Assembly: GCA_963771465.1 (NCBI GenBank)
Contig: CAVYTU010000015.1
Span: 1,120,001 to 1,184,000, forward strand
Source of the DNA: an uncultured delta proteobacterium
Lineage (GTDB): Bacteria; Desulfobacterota; Binatia; UBA9968
DNA: 64,000 bases
Reading direction: 5' to 3'
Below are positions 29,835 through 39,953 of the stretch, piece by piece. The notes beneath the pieces were generated by a model. It had not been told where the DNA came from. It saw nothing but the letters and a program-made list of their open reading frames with translations, and did not search any database. Position 1 is the first letter of the stretch. Each line of letters starts with the position of its first letter. A program made the translations under genes and the position numbers.

Positions 29835-29987
29835 GTGAAAAAAATTCCCATCGGGCTGGCGCGGGTGCGCAAAGAGTTGCCGCCGCCAAGCAAAGTCTTT
29901 AAGAGCAAGCACAAAGACAGCCGCAAACGCGCCAAAGAAAAGCTTCAGCGCGAGATCGACGAAACCTTGCCGCGTCATTCTCGATAG
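29835..29987 (+). CDS. Small basic protein, 50 aa (MKKIPIGLARVRKELPPPSKVFKSKHKDSRKRAKEKLQREIDETLPRHSR), not in ORF track
   Basis: GTG start 8 nt after clpB stop; lies before the terminator; K/R-rich; RBS weak. Confidence 0.55.
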   Translation: MKKIPIGLARVRKELPPPSKVFKSKHKDSRKRAKEKLQREIDETLPRHSR

Positions 29988-30007
29988 TTTTCGCCCCCAT
30001 CGATTTC

Positions 30008-30047
30008 ATAGGAGGCAGCCGAGTTCGGCTGCCTCCTATATTTTTTT
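30008..30047 (+). terminator. Rho-independent terminator
   Basis: ATAGGAGGCAGCCGA / TCGGCTGCCTCCTAT perfect inverted repeat followed by a T7 run. Confidence 0.85.
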
Positions 30048-30176
30048 ATCGCTCCAGCTTTTGTGTGAATCATTTGCTAAACTCAACCCGGCTCCAGCAC
30101 CACGAAGTTCACCAAGGACACGTGCTCTTCGTGGTGACAATTCATTCCCAGCCAATTCAAAAGTTTCATTTTCGAC

Positions 30177-31625
30177 ATGCCTGATTCACCCATTACCGAC
30201 CAAGAACGGCGCCATTCCCGGCTGGTGCTCTATCAAGTCTCGCTCGGACTGGTTCTGGTCGCGATCAACCACCGGGCGATCCAAGTGGCGCTGCCGACCC
30301 TCACCCATGTGTTTCATACCGACTTATCTTTTATCCAATGGGTACTCTTGGTCTACGACCTCGCAGTCATCGGCTTGGTGCTCACACTCGGCCGGCTCGG
30401 CGACCTGTTTGGCCGCAAATGGATTTACCTCATCGGTTTTTTAGCTTTTGTCGTGAGCTCCGCGCTCTGCGGCCTGGCGCAATCGCCGACACAGCTCATC
30501 GCGTTTCGCGCGCTGCAAGGTATCGCCGGCGCCATGATCATGGCCAACGGCCGCGCCCTGGTGACGGTCAACTCGCCGCCGTCGGAGCGCGGCAAAGCGC
30601 TCGGCTTTACGTCGATGGCGTTTCACGTCGGTTATATCACCGGTCCGACCCTCGGCGGTTTCGTTATCGATGCGGCGGGTTGGCGCTGGATTTTTTTTCT
30701 GACCACGCCGATCGGGTTGGCCTGCGCTTATTTCGGCTGGAGGGTCTTGAAAGAACGAGCGTCAAGCGACGAACCTATTAAAGTCGACTTTGCCGGCGCC
30801 GCCTACCTATTGCTCACCAATGTCTGTTTCATCTACGCGCTCAATCGGCTGCCGCACCAGGGCCCACGCGATCTCCTCGTGATTACGTTTTTCATCGTCG
30901 CAGCGGCAACTTTGTGGCTGTTCATTCGTACCGAGCAAAGAGCCGAGACGCCCATCTTAAGCCTGGCGCTGTTTGAAAATCGACTTTTTACGGCGGCCAA
31001 TCTGAGTCTATTCTTTTTAACCTCGACCCAAGCCGCCATCAGCGTACTGATTCCGTTCTACTTGCAGAATCTCATGGGCTTCACGCCGACGCAGATGGGC
31101 TGGATATTGATCGGCGGTTCCGCCGTGATCATCCTGCTTGCTCCAGTGGCAGGCCGCTTGTCCGATCGCTTCGGTTCGCGCATCCTATGCAGCGTCGGCG
31201 CCGCGATTATGGTTGTCGGTCAATATTTCATCGCGTCGCTTACGCTGCGCTCCACGGTATTTCAAATGATCTTCCCGCAGCTTCTGATCGGCCTGGGCTG
31301 GGCGCTATTCAACTCGCCGAACCAGAGCGCGATCATGAGCACCGTGCCGCGCGACAAAGTCGGCGCCGCCTCCGGCATGACCCTGACGACGGCAAGAATC
31401 GGCGGCGCCATGGGCATCGCGATTTCCGGCGCGATCATGACTTACGCGCTCGGTACCTACGGCCTCACACCCGAACAGATCGAATCGCCGGCGAGCTGGA
31501 CCGCGGCGCCGGAAATTTTCTTAAAGTCGTTCAGCTTCACCGCCCATATGATCAACGCTTTTGCGATTCTCTCAGTGGTTTTTTCCGCCATGCGCGGCTC
31601 TCAACAAGAAGACGGTAGACCCTGA
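30177..31625 (+). CDS. MFS transporter, DHA2-like
   Basis: GRLGDLFGRK, GPTLGG, GWRWIF, GRLSDRFG. Confidence 0.88.
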   Translation: MPDSPITDQERRHSRLVLYQVSLGLVLVAINHRAIQVALPTLTHVFHTDLSFIQWVLLVYDLAVIGLVLTLGRLGDLFGRKWIYLIGFLAFVVSSALCGLAQSPTQLIAFRALQGIAGAMIMANGRALVTVNSPPSERGKALGFTSMAFHVGYITGPTLGGFVIDAAGWRWIFFLTTPIGLACAYFGWRVLKERASSDEPIKVDFAGAAYLLLTNVCFIYALNRLPHQGPRDLLVITFFIVAAATLWLFIRTEQRAETPILSLALFENRLFTAANLSLFFLTSTQAAISVLIPFYLQNLMGFTPTQMGWILIGGSAVIILLAPVAGRLSDRFGSRILCSVGAAIMVVGQYFIASLTLRSTVFQMIFPQLLIGLGWALFNSPNQSAIMSTVPRDKVGAASGMTLTTARIGGAMGIAISGAIMTYALGTYGLTPEQIESPASWTAAPEIFLKSFSFTAHMINAFAILSVVFSAMRGSQQEDGRP

Positions 31626-31639
31626 ATACCCCGTGTAAA

Positions 31640-33073
31640 GTGACCGACGATCAAACACGCACGAAGCGCGCCTCGCACCTGATCTTACTCAGCGTTTGCA
31701 TCGGCCAGGCGCTGGTCGGACTCGATCAGCGGGCGATCACAGTGGCGCTGCCGACGCTGACGAAAATTTTCGACACACCGTTCACGACGATCCAGTGGAC
31801 CATATTAATTTACGATTTGGTCTTGATCGGCCTGATCATCACCATGGGCCGGCTCGGCGATCTGTTCGGCCGGCGCCGTTTCTACACCGTCGGTTTTTTG
31901 ATCTTCGTTACCGCGTCCGCGATCTGTGGCGTGACCCAAACGACCGGCCAGCTGATTTTTTTCCGTGCGGTTCAAGCGCTCGGCGGATCGATGATCGCGG
32001 CCAACGGCCGAGCCATCGTATCGGTGAACTTACCGCCAGAAGAACGGGGCCGAGCCTTGGGACTGACGTCAACGGCATTTCACATCGGCTTTCTTATCGG
32101 GCCAGCGCTCGGCGGATTTTTGATCGACAGCATCGGCTGGCGCTGGATCTTTTACATCAATCTGCCGTTTAGCCTGGCCGGCGCCTATTTAGCTTGGAAG
32201 GTTGTTCCGGAAACTCGCATGCCAGGCAAAACTTCGGTGGACTTCGCCGGCGCTTTGCTCCTCCTTCTGACCAATGGATTTTTTATCTATGCGATCGACC
32301 AGCTGCCGCGGGTCGGTTGGCGTCATCCGACCTTTCTTTTGACTCTGGCGCTTGCCGCCATTGCGCTGCTTTGTCTGTTGCGCGCCGAAGCCCGAGCGAC
32401 GATGCCGATACTGGTTCTCTCGATGTTTCGCGCGCGCCTTTTCAGCGCCGGCATTTCGAGTTTGTTCATCCTCGCCGCGACTCTTTCAGCGATCAATTTT
32501 CTCCTGCCGTTTTTTCTCCAGAGTTTGCTCGGCTATTCGCCGACCCAGGTCGGTTGGATCATCGTCGCCGACTCGGTGATTATCATGGTAATGGCGCCCA
32601 TCGCCGGCGCGCTATCCGATCGCTTCGGCTCTCGGGTTCTATGCACCACCGGCTGCGCCGTCGTGGCAATCGCGCAATTTTTCTTGGCGTCCGTCGATCT
32701 CGACGCTTCGCTGGTGCGAATCATGCTCCCGCTGGTGCTTTGGGGCATCGGTTGGTCGCTCTTCAATGCGCCCAATCAAAGCTCCGTCCTCGGCGCGGTC
32801 AGTTCGGAAAAACTTGGCGCCGCGGCCGGCATGATCGCCACCACGGCGCGCACCGGCGGCGCCATGGGCGTCGCTCTATCGGCAACCTTTTTAGGCTATC
32901 TGCTCAGCGGCGCGGGTCTGACCAGCAGCCAGGTTAACTCCCCCGAGAGCTGGCGCGCCGCGCCGGAGATTTTTATCGGCGCGTTTTCTTCGACGATCTA
33001 TGTTTTGGCTGTATTCACGTTGCTCGCCGTTTTCTCCTCCGCGGTCCGAGGCGCGAAGCAAGACAACACGTGA
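31640..33073 (+). CDS. MFS transporter, DHA2-like (tandem paralogue)
   Basis: GRLGDLFGRRR, GWRWIFYIN; collinear with upstream MFS including SPxSWxAAPEIF. Confidence 0.88.
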   Translation: MTDDQTRTKRASHLILLSVCIGQALVGLDQRAITVALPTLTKIFDTPFTTIQWTILIYDLVLIGLIITMGRLGDLFGRRRFYTVGFLIFVTASAICGVTQTTGQLIFFRAVQALGGSMIAANGRAIVSVNLPPEERGRALGLTSTAFHIGFLIGPALGGFLIDSIGWRWIFYINLPFSLAGAYLAWKVVPETRMPGKTSVDFAGALLLLLTNGFFIYAIDQLPRVGWRHPTFLLTLALAAIALLCLLRAEARATMPILVLSMFRARLFSAGISSLFILAATLSAINFLLPFFLQSLLGYSPTQVGWIIVADSVIIMVMAPIAGALSDRFGSRVLCTTGCAVVAIAQFFLASVDLDASLVRIMLPLVLWGIGWSLFNAPNQSSVLGAVSSEKLGAAAGMIATTARTGGAMGVALSATFLGYLLSGAGLTSSQVNSPESWRAAPEIFIGAFSSTIYVLAVFTLLAVFSSAVRGAKQDNT

Positions 33074-33221
33074 ATGATGCTCGAGGGAGAGATCGCGTGT
33101 TTTCACTAAACCGGTGCCAGCTTTGAAACCGCTTAAAAGACTGGAACCGCCTTCGACGTTCCCTTGACAGCAACTCCCCGGCTCTCTTACTCTCCGGCCA
33201 TCTCGGCTGAGGGAGGCACCC

Positions 33222-34217
33222 ATGAAGCGTCGGTCAAGTTTAGCCCAGCTCGCGTTCGCCGCGCTATTAGCGCCTCAGCTCATGTTCACGGCAAAGTTGA
33301 TCGCCGCCGAAGGACCGGCGCTGCGCGGTGTCCACAATGCCTTGGGCGGCACCATGGCGCCGGTATTTGTCGCCCAAGAGCTCGGCCTGTTCACCAAGCA
33401 CGGCTTGGAGCACAGCCTCCAGTACATCGCCGCCACCACTGCCGTCCAGGCGCTTGCCGCTGGTAGCGAAGAAATTGGTTTGGTCGGCAATCAGTGTGTC
33501 GACGTCGCTCTGGAAGGCGCCGATACCGTCTACATCGCCGCCACCGCGTCGCGCTTTATTTTCCAACTCTACGGCGATCCGGCGATCAAGACCGTTACCG
33601 ACTTGAAAGGCAAAGTGATCGCCGCAACCCAGCCGGCCGCATCCACTGACTACGCCGCGAGGATTTTGCTGCGCAAATATGGCCTCGTGCCGGACAAGGA
33701 CGTGAAAATAATTTACGCCGGCAGCAGCCCGGCATTGTTGTCGATGTTAAAAGCGGGCAACGCCGTGGCCGGACTGATCAATGCGCCGGCGATCTATCAA
33801 GCGCGAGAGCTCGGCATGAAGCAGATCGTCAACGTCACTGAGCTGAATATTCCGTTTATCTTCGTCGCCGTTTGCACGACCAGGAGAGTCATCCAGCAAA
33901 AACCGGAAGCGATCACCCGCTATCTCAGAGCCTACACCGAAGCGATCTCGATCATCCTGCGCGACAAGGAAACCGCGCACAAGATCATGGCCAAATATAT
34001 GAAGATGGAAAATCGCCAATGGGTCGAAGCCGTCTATAACGACGTTGCCGGAGTGTTGCAGCGCATGCCTTACATGACCAAACTGGAAGTCCAAGCCGTG
34101 TTAGACATCGTCAAGAATCCCAAAGGCACGCAGGTCAAGCCGGATGATTTGTTCGACAACTCGTTCTTGCAGAAACTTGAGTTCAGCGGCTTCATCAATT
34201 CACTCTATGCGCGCTAG
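33222..34217 (+). CDS. ABC substrate-binding protein, NMT1/SsuA-like
   Basis: GGAGG RBS, PVFVAQELGLFTKHGL, DLKGK; TTGACA at ~33164. Confidence 0.8.
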   Translation: MKRRSSLAQLAFAALLAPQLMFTAKLIAAEGPALRGVHNALGGTMAPVFVAQELGLFTKHGLEHSLQYIAATTAVQALAAGSEEIGLVGNQCVDVALEGADTVYIAATASRFIFQLYGDPAIKTVTDLKGKVIAATQPAASTDYAARILLRKYGLVPDKDVKIIYAGSSPALLSMLKAGNAVAGLINAPAIYQARELGMKQIVNVTELNIPFIFVAVCTTRRVIQQKPEAITRYLRAYTEAISIILRDKETAHKIMAKYMKMENRQWVEAVYNDVAGVLQRMPYMTKLEVQAVLDIVKNPKGTQVKPDDLFDNSFLQKLEFSGFINSLYAR

Positions 34218-34273
34218 CCGTAGAACTCGAACCGTTCATTGATCCAAGCAACGAATACGAGCTACGATCACGC

Positions 34274-35395
34274 ATGTCTTGGTTCCTGCACATCGACATG
34301 GATGCGTTTTTCGCGTCAGTGGAAGAAGCGCTCGATCCCAGTCTCAAAGGCAAACCGGTGATCGTCGGCGGGCGCAACGGCCGCGGTGTGGTCACGTCGG
34401 CGTCCTACGCGGCGCGAAAGTTCGGCGTGCGCTCGGCGATGCCGGGCTTTCAAGCCAAAAAACTTTGTCCGCAAGGAGTTTTCTTGCCCAACCGGCGGCG
34501 AACTTATGTGGAGTTCTCACGCAAAGTCTTCGCCATCTTGGCGCAATACTCGCCCGCCGTGCAGGCGCTGTCGATTGACGAAGGCGTCGTCGATCTCACA
34601 GGCACCGAACGGCTCTTCGGCCCGCCGCTGAAAACCGCCGGTGACCTGATCGGTCGAATTGAACGGGAACTCGATCTGCCCTCCTCCGGCGGTTTATCGA
34701 CCAGCCGCGTGATCGCCAAGATCGCTGCGACTTTGGCCAAACCCCACGGCTTGATCTGCGTTCCCGCCGGCGCGGAGAAAGATTTTCTGGCGCCCCTGGG
34801 CGTGGAAATGATTCCCGGCGTTGGTCCCAAAACTCATCAATCTCTGCTCCAGCGCGGCATTAAAACCATCGGCGATCTATTGCAGAAACCGGAATCGGCC
34901 GCGCGCTATCTCGATCTTGGAGAATCGTCGCCACACCATCAACATCATGATCATTCGATCGGCAACGAAACGACTCTCGGCGCGCCGCTCAAGACTATCC
35001 CCGAAATGGAATCGGTGCTCTGGGAACTCGTCGAAGAAGTCGGCGCCAGACTGCGCCGCGAGGAATACTTCGCCCGCTGCCTCACTGTGAAAATCCGCTA
35101 CAGCAATTTCCAAACCATGACCCGCTCGCGCACGCTGACATCACCCACCTGCTTCGACAAGGAAATCTTCGAAGTGGTCAAAGATTTGTTGCGCCAAAAC
35201 GTCAGCCCGGGTCGCGCCGTGCGGCTGCTCGGCGTGAGCGCCAGCGCGCTGCAAGTCACTGGCTGGCAAGAGCCGCTGCTCGATCGCCAACAGCGCGGCA
35301 CAATGGAAAAACTATATAAAGGTATCGACCAGCTCAGAAAAAAATATGGCGAAGACGCCATCGGCGCCGCCACACCGCGCAAACGATCCGGTTGA
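34274..35395 (+). CDS. dinB: DNA polymerase IV
   Basis: HIDMDAFFASVE, SYAARKFGV, SIDE, KPHG, IPGVG, VRLLGV. Confidence 0.92.
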   Translation: MSWFLHIDMDAFFASVEEALDPSLKGKPVIVGGRNGRGVVTSASYAARKFGVRSAMPGFQAKKLCPQGVFLPNRRRTYVEFSRKVFAILAQYSPAVQALSIDEGVVDLTGTERLFGPPLKTAGDLIGRIERELDLPSSGGLSTSRVIAKIAATLAKPHGLICVPAGAEKDFLAPLGVEMIPGVGPKTHQSLLQRGIKTIGDLLQKPESAARYLDLGESSPHHQHHDHSIGNETTLGAPLKTIPEMESVLWELVEEVGARLRREEYFARCLTVKIRYSNFQTMTRSRTLTSPTCFDKEIFEVVKDLLRQNVSPGRAVRLLGVSASALQVTGWQEPLLDRQQRGTMEKLYKGIDQLRKKYGEDAIGAATPRKRSG

Positions 35396-35442
35396 TTTTC
35401 CCGGCAAAGCTTCATACTGTTTTGCCACCGTCGATCCGCAAC

Positions 35443-36477
35443 ATGTCACAAACCACACACCCTTTTCTTGCCGCTTGCCGCCGCGAACCGACTTCGTACA
35501 CTCCCGTTTGGCTGATGCGCCAAGCCGGCCGTTACATGGAGGAGTACCGCAAGCTGCGCGCGCAATACGGCTTTCTCGATCTCTGCAAGAAACCCGACCT
35601 CGCCACCGAGATTACCGTGACGCCGGTGCAGAGACTCGGTGTCGACGCGGCGATTCTCTTCGCCGACATTCTATTAATCCTCGAACCCATGGGTGTCGGC
35701 CTGGAATACTCCAAAGGCGACGGCCCGGTGATCCATCGCCCGGTGCGCAGCGGCAAAGACATCGACGGCTTGAAAGAGTTCGACGTCGAGCGCGAGCTGG
35801 CGTTTGTCTACGAAGCGGTTAGAAAAATCTGCAAAGAGCTAAAAAACAAGGTGCCGCTGATCGGCTTCGCCGGCGCGCCGTTCACGCTCGCTTCCTATCT
35901 CATCGAAGGCAGCGGCTCGCGCAACTACATCCACACCAAAAGACTTTTTTATGGTGCTCCCGAAGCCTGGAAGCGCTTGATGGAGCGGCTGGCCAAGGTG
36001 ATCGGCGAATATTTGAACTGCCAGATCGCCGCCGGCGCACAAGTCGTGCAAATCTTCGACAGTTGGGCCGGCAGTCTGACGCCGTTCGACTATCAACAAT
36101 TCGTTCAACCCTATACCAAAGCCGTCATCGATGCGGTTGCGTCCGGCACACCGGTGATCCATTTCAGCACCGGCACCGCCGGCATATTGAAGCACATCCG
36201 CGCCGGCGGCGGCGACGTGATCGGGCTCGACTGGCGGATCAATCTCGATGAAGGCTGGGCCGCCGTCGGACATGATGTCGCCGTGCAAGGCAATCTCGAT
36301 CCGGTCGCGTTGTTCGCGTCGCCCAAAGAAATCAAAAGTCGAGTGGGAGAAATTCTCCGGCGCGCCGCCCGCAGGCCCGGACACATTTTCAACCTCGGCC
36401 ATGGCGTCCTGCCCGAAACTCCAGTCGACCATGTCGTCGCCATGGTCGACGCCGTGCACGAGCTCAGCGCACGGTAA
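35443..36477 (+). CDS. hemE: Uroporphyrinogen decarboxylase
   Basis: PVWLMRQAGRY, GAPFTLASY, QGNLDP, FNLGHG. Confidence 0.96.
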   Translation: MSQTTHPFLAACRREPTSYTPVWLMRQAGRYMEEYRKLRAQYGFLDLCKKPDLATEITVTPVQRLGVDAAILFADILLILEPMGVGLEYSKGDGPVIHRPVRSGKDIDGLKEFDVERELAFVYEAVRKICKELKNKVPLIGFAGAPFTLASYLIEGSGSRNYIHTKRLFYGAPEAWKRLMERLAKVIGEYLNCQIAAGAQVVQIFDSWAGSLTPFDYQQFVQPYTKAVIDAVASGTPVIHFSTGTAGILKHIRAGGGDVIGLDWRINLDEGWAAVGHDVAVQGNLDPVALFASPKEIKSRVGEILRRAARRPGHIFNLGHGVLPETPVDHVVAMVDAVHELSAR

Positions 36478-36486
36478 ATCGATGCC

Positions 36487-37428
36487 ATGTCCAACTCCTA
36501 CGACGCTATACTTCTCATCGCCTTCGGCGGCCCCAGCCGTGCCGAAGAAATTCGTCCATTCCTAGGCCGCGTCGCCCAAGGCGTTGCGATACCGCCGAAC
36601 CGTCTCGAGGAAGTCGCCCATCACTACGAAGCCGTCGGCGGTAAATCACCGCTCAACGAAATCACCTTCCGACAAGCAAATGCATTAAGCAATGTCTTGA
36701 CCGGTCGACTGCCTGTCTACGTCGGCATGCGCAACGCGAGTCCGTTCTTCAACGAGACGCTAAAACAAATGGCCGACGACGGCATCAGGCGCGCCTTAGG
36801 TTTCATCCTTTCGTCACACCGAAGCGAAGCGAGTTGGGAGCGCTATCAGCAAAATATTGCCGATGCGCGCTTGCAACTCGGCACCACGTCACCCCAAGTC
36901 GACTACTGCAGCGGTTGGCATGATCATCCATTGTTCATTCAAAGCTGGGTGGAACGCATTCAAGAAGTTCTGCAAAAAATTGTTTCCCATGGGCGACAAA
37001 GCCCGCCGCTGATCTTCACCGCGCATAGCTTGCCGAAGGCGATGGCGGCGCGCTCGCCTTATGTTGAGCAGTTGGAAACCAGCGCACGATTAATCGCCGA
37101 CAAACTCAAACTTCAGCGTTGGTCGCTGGCTTATCAGAGCCGCAGCGGCAAACCATCGGACCCCTGGCTAGAACCGGACATTAGCCAAGCGTTTCGTGAC
37201 TGCGCTGCCAATGGCGAAAAACAAATCATAGTCGCGCCCATCGGCTTCGTTTGCGACCATGTCGAAGTGCTTTACGACCTGGACATCGAGGCAAAGCAGA
37301 TCGCCGCCGACCTCGGCCTCGATCTAAGTCGAGTCAGCTGCCCAAACGATCATCCGACTTTCGTTGCCATGATGGCTGACGTTATCGAAAATCATATTAA
37401 GCAGGTCGAGGCTAGAGGAAGCGGATGA
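36487..37428 (+). CDS. hemH: Ferrochelatase (probably coproporphyrin type)
   Basis: GGKSPL, FTAHSLP, AYQSRSG...WLEPD, GFVCDHVEVLYDLD. Confidence 0.92.
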   Translation: MSNSYDAILLIAFGGPSRAEEIRPFLGRVAQGVAIPPNRLEEVAHHYEAVGGKSPLNEITFRQANALSNVLTGRLPVYVGMRNASPFFNETLKQMADDGIRRALGFILSSHRSEASWERYQQNIADARLQLGTTSPQVDYCSGWHDHPLFIQSWVERIQEVLQKIVSHGRQSPPLIFTAHSLPKAMAARSPYVEQLETSARLIADKLKLQRWSLAYQSRSGKPSDPWLEPDISQAFRDCAANGEKQIIVAPIGFVCDHVEVLYDLDIEAKQIAADLGLDLSRVSCPNDHPTFVAMMADVIENHIKQVEARGSG

Positions 37429-37477
37429 AAGATCGCAATCCTCTATCCTCGATTCTCCATCCTCAACCGGCGCTTCG

Positions 37478-38917
37478 ATGAAGCGCGTGATAGTTATCGG
37501 CGGCGGTATCGCGGGCCTCGCGGCTGCGCATCGTGTCACTGAACTTGCCGAAGAAAAATCCCTCGGCTTGCAATTAACGCTTCTCGAAGCCTCGAATCGT
37601 CTCGGCGGCGCCATCGCCACCGAACACGTCGGCGATTTTCTCGTCGAAGCTGGACCGGACTCATTCATCACTGAGAAACCCTGGGCGCTTCGCCTATGTG
37701 AGCGGATCGGACTCACTTCCCGTCTGGTTTCGACGCAGTCCGCGTATCAGAAAATCTCCATCGTTCATGGCGGCAAGCTGGTTGAACTTCCCGAAGGTTT
37801 CTTGCTACTCGCGCCAACGCGCGTTTGGCCGTTCATCCAATCGCCGCTCTTTTCTTGGCCCGGCAAGGTGCGCATGGCGAGCGAACTATTTCTTCCACGC
37901 AGTGAAAATAAAGAGGATGAAAGTCTCGGCGCTTTCGTACGGCGCCGCTTCGGCAGCGAAGCCCTCGAGCGGGTCGCTCAACCGCTGGTCGGCGGCATCT
38001 ATGCCTCCGATCCCGACAAGCTCAGCCTAACGGCAACCATGCCGCGCTTCAAAGAAATGGAGCGACAGAAGCGCAGTGTGATTTACGCTATGTGGTCGGC
38101 CCAGCGAGCACAGGCGAAAAAGCGCCAGGTAGGCAGCGGCGCGCGCTGGAGTTTGTTCGTCACGCTCAGCGGCGGCATGCAGGAGCTTGTCGACGCCATC
38201 GCGCAGCGCCTTTCCGAAGGCGTCGTTCGCTTGAATGCTCCGGCGACGGACTTAAATCGCAACGCCGACAACACTTGGCGTGTCACAGTGGACGGCAAAG
38301 AAATCATCGAAGCCGACGCGGTCATCCTCGCCGCGCCGGCGTATCACGCCGGCCAGCTGCTCGAATCGATCGCAGCTAACGCCACGGCTGATGTGAAAAA
38401 TATTTCCTACGCTTCCACGGCCACCGTCAGCCTTGCTTATCGCAGCGAAGATTTTGCGCGCGCGCCGGACAGCTTCGGCTTCGTCGTACCGGCAATAGAA
38501 AAACGAAAGATCATGGCCTGCACCTTCAGCAGCTTGAAATATCCGGGCCGGGCACCACAGGGCTACATTCTGCTGCGCGCCTTCGTCGGTGGCAGCCTGC
38601 AGCCTGAATTGTTTTGCGCTGACGATCAAATGATGGAGAAAAATGTTCGCGACGAGCTAGCGTCTTTGCTCGGCGTTACGGCCCAACCGCGATTCGCCCG
38701 CGTCTGGCGCCACCCCAACTCCATGCCGCAATATCACGTTGGCCACGAAGCGCGCGTGGAACGTATTGAAACGGCATTGCGGCAATTCCCTTCCCTTACG
38801 CTTGCCGGCAGCGCCTATCACGGCGTTGGCATCTCCGACTGTGTGCGCACCGGCGAAGAAGCTGCGGAGGTTGTCGTTGGACACTTGGTCACGAATTCCG
38901 TACCGCTTTCTCCTTGA
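37478..38917 (+). CDS. hemY: HemY-type (copro/proto)porphyrinogen oxidase
   Basis: GGGIAGLAAA, EAGPDSF, GGIYA, MPQYHVGH, GVGISDC. Confidence 0.92.
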   Translation: MKRVIVIGGGIAGLAAAHRVTELAEEKSLGLQLTLLEASNRLGGAIATEHVGDFLVEAGPDSFITEKPWALRLCERIGLTSRLVSTQSAYQKISIVHGGKLVELPEGFLLLAPTRVWPFIQSPLFSWPGKVRMASELFLPRSENKEDESLGAFVRRRFGSEALERVAQPLVGGIYASDPDKLSLTATMPRFKEMERQKRSVIYAMWSAQRAQAKKRQVGSGARWSLFVTLSGGMQELVDAIAQRLSEGVVRLNAPATDLNRNADNTWRVTVDGKEIIEADAVILAAPAYHAGQLLESIAANATADVKNISYASTATVSLAYRSEDFARAPDSFGFVVPAIEKRKIMACTFSSLKYPGRAPQGYILLRAFVGGSLQPELFCADDQMMEKNVRDELASLLGVTAQPRFARVWRHPNSMPQYHVGHEARVERIETALRQFPSLTLAGSAYHGVGISDCVRTGEEAAEVVVGHLVTNSVPLSP

Positions 38918-38973
38918 CGCCTTCACGAAAGCCGGATTATGAAATGAATCGGTGGTAAGGAGTATTTTTTCTT

Positions 38974-39816
38974 ATGATGATCATCGATTCTCAAGTTCAC
39001 ATCTGGGCGCCGGAAACGGCGGAAAAACCGTATGCCAAAGAGAATGCGTCGCCGCCCCACCGCGCCATGGCTCTCGGCCACGATGAACTGTTGCGCGAGA
39101 TGGACGGCGCCGGGGTTTCGCGCTGCATTCTGGTGCCGCCGACCTGGGAAGCCGACCGCAACGACACTTCACTGGAAGCAGCCCGGCTCCACCCCGATCG
39201 CTTCCGCGTCATGGGCAAACTCGCGCTGACCAATCCTAACGGCCCCGCGCTGATGGCGACCTGGAATCAGCAGCCGCATATGCTCGGTATCCGCATGACA
39301 TTTAACGCCGGACGCGCCAGGCAATGGATCGAAGATGGCACCGCCGACTGGTTTTGGGACGCTGCGGAAAAGTACAATGTCGCGGTCATGGCGTTCGCGC
39401 CGAACTCCGTGGCGAAGCTCGGCGAGGTCGCCGAGCGCCATCCCGGCCTGCGCCTGATCATCGATCATATGGGTTTGAGCTCGGCGTTGCGCGGCAAGTC
39501 GCTCGAACCCGCGGTCGCCAACGTCATCAAACTCGCGCGTCTGAAAAACGTCGCGGTGAAAGTTTCCGCGCTGCCCTGTTACGTTGACGAGCCTTATCCC
39601 TTTCCGACGCTCCCACCGTTGGTGCGCCGCGTCGTCGACGCCTTCGGGCCGGAGCGCTGTTTCTGGGGCACCGACCTGTCGCACTTGCCTTGCCCTTACA
39701 AGCAAGGGGTCACGTTGTTCACCGAAGAGATGGAGTCGCTGACGACCCATGAGCTGGAATGGATTATGGGCCGCGGCCTTGCCGAATGGCTCAATTGGCC
39801 CCTGCCAAAATCATAG
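38974..39816 (+). CDS. Amidohydrolase_2 family protein (lactonase-like subgroup)
   Basis: IDSQVHIW, IIDHMG, VKVSA, FGPERCFWGTD. Confidence 0.85.
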   Translation: MMIIDSQVHIWAPETAEKPYAKENASPPHRAMALGHDELLREMDGAGVSRCILVPPTWEADRNDTSLEAARLHPDRFRVMGKLALTNPNGPALMATWNQQPHMLGIRMTFNAGRARQWIEDGTADWFWDAAEKYNVAVMAFAPNSVAKLGEVAERHPGLRLIIDHMGLSSALRGKSLEPAVANVIKLARLKNVAVKVSALPCYVDEPYPFPTLPPLVRRVVDAFGPERCFWGTDLSHLPCPYKQGVTLFTEEMESLTTHELEWIMGRGLAEWLNWPLPKS

Positions 39817-39953
39817 GTTGCACATGGACGAATCCTTCGTTCTCCAAAAATCTTACTTCGCTACTTTCATATCGCAAACATTTCCATAAAATAACTACTA
39901 ATAGCGTTAGCGCATCGTCGCACCGCGTGACGCCAAAAGCTTCCTGATGGCGG

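Noticed and set aside
30061-30444. 127-aa ORF overlapping the MFS start
   Set aside because: Out-of-frame overlap with a clear MFS gene; no protein-like features
34218-34273. LexA box upstream of dinB (GAAC/GTTC words)
   Set aside because: Spacing matches neither GAAC-N4-GTTC nor the GTTC-N7-GTTC direct repeat
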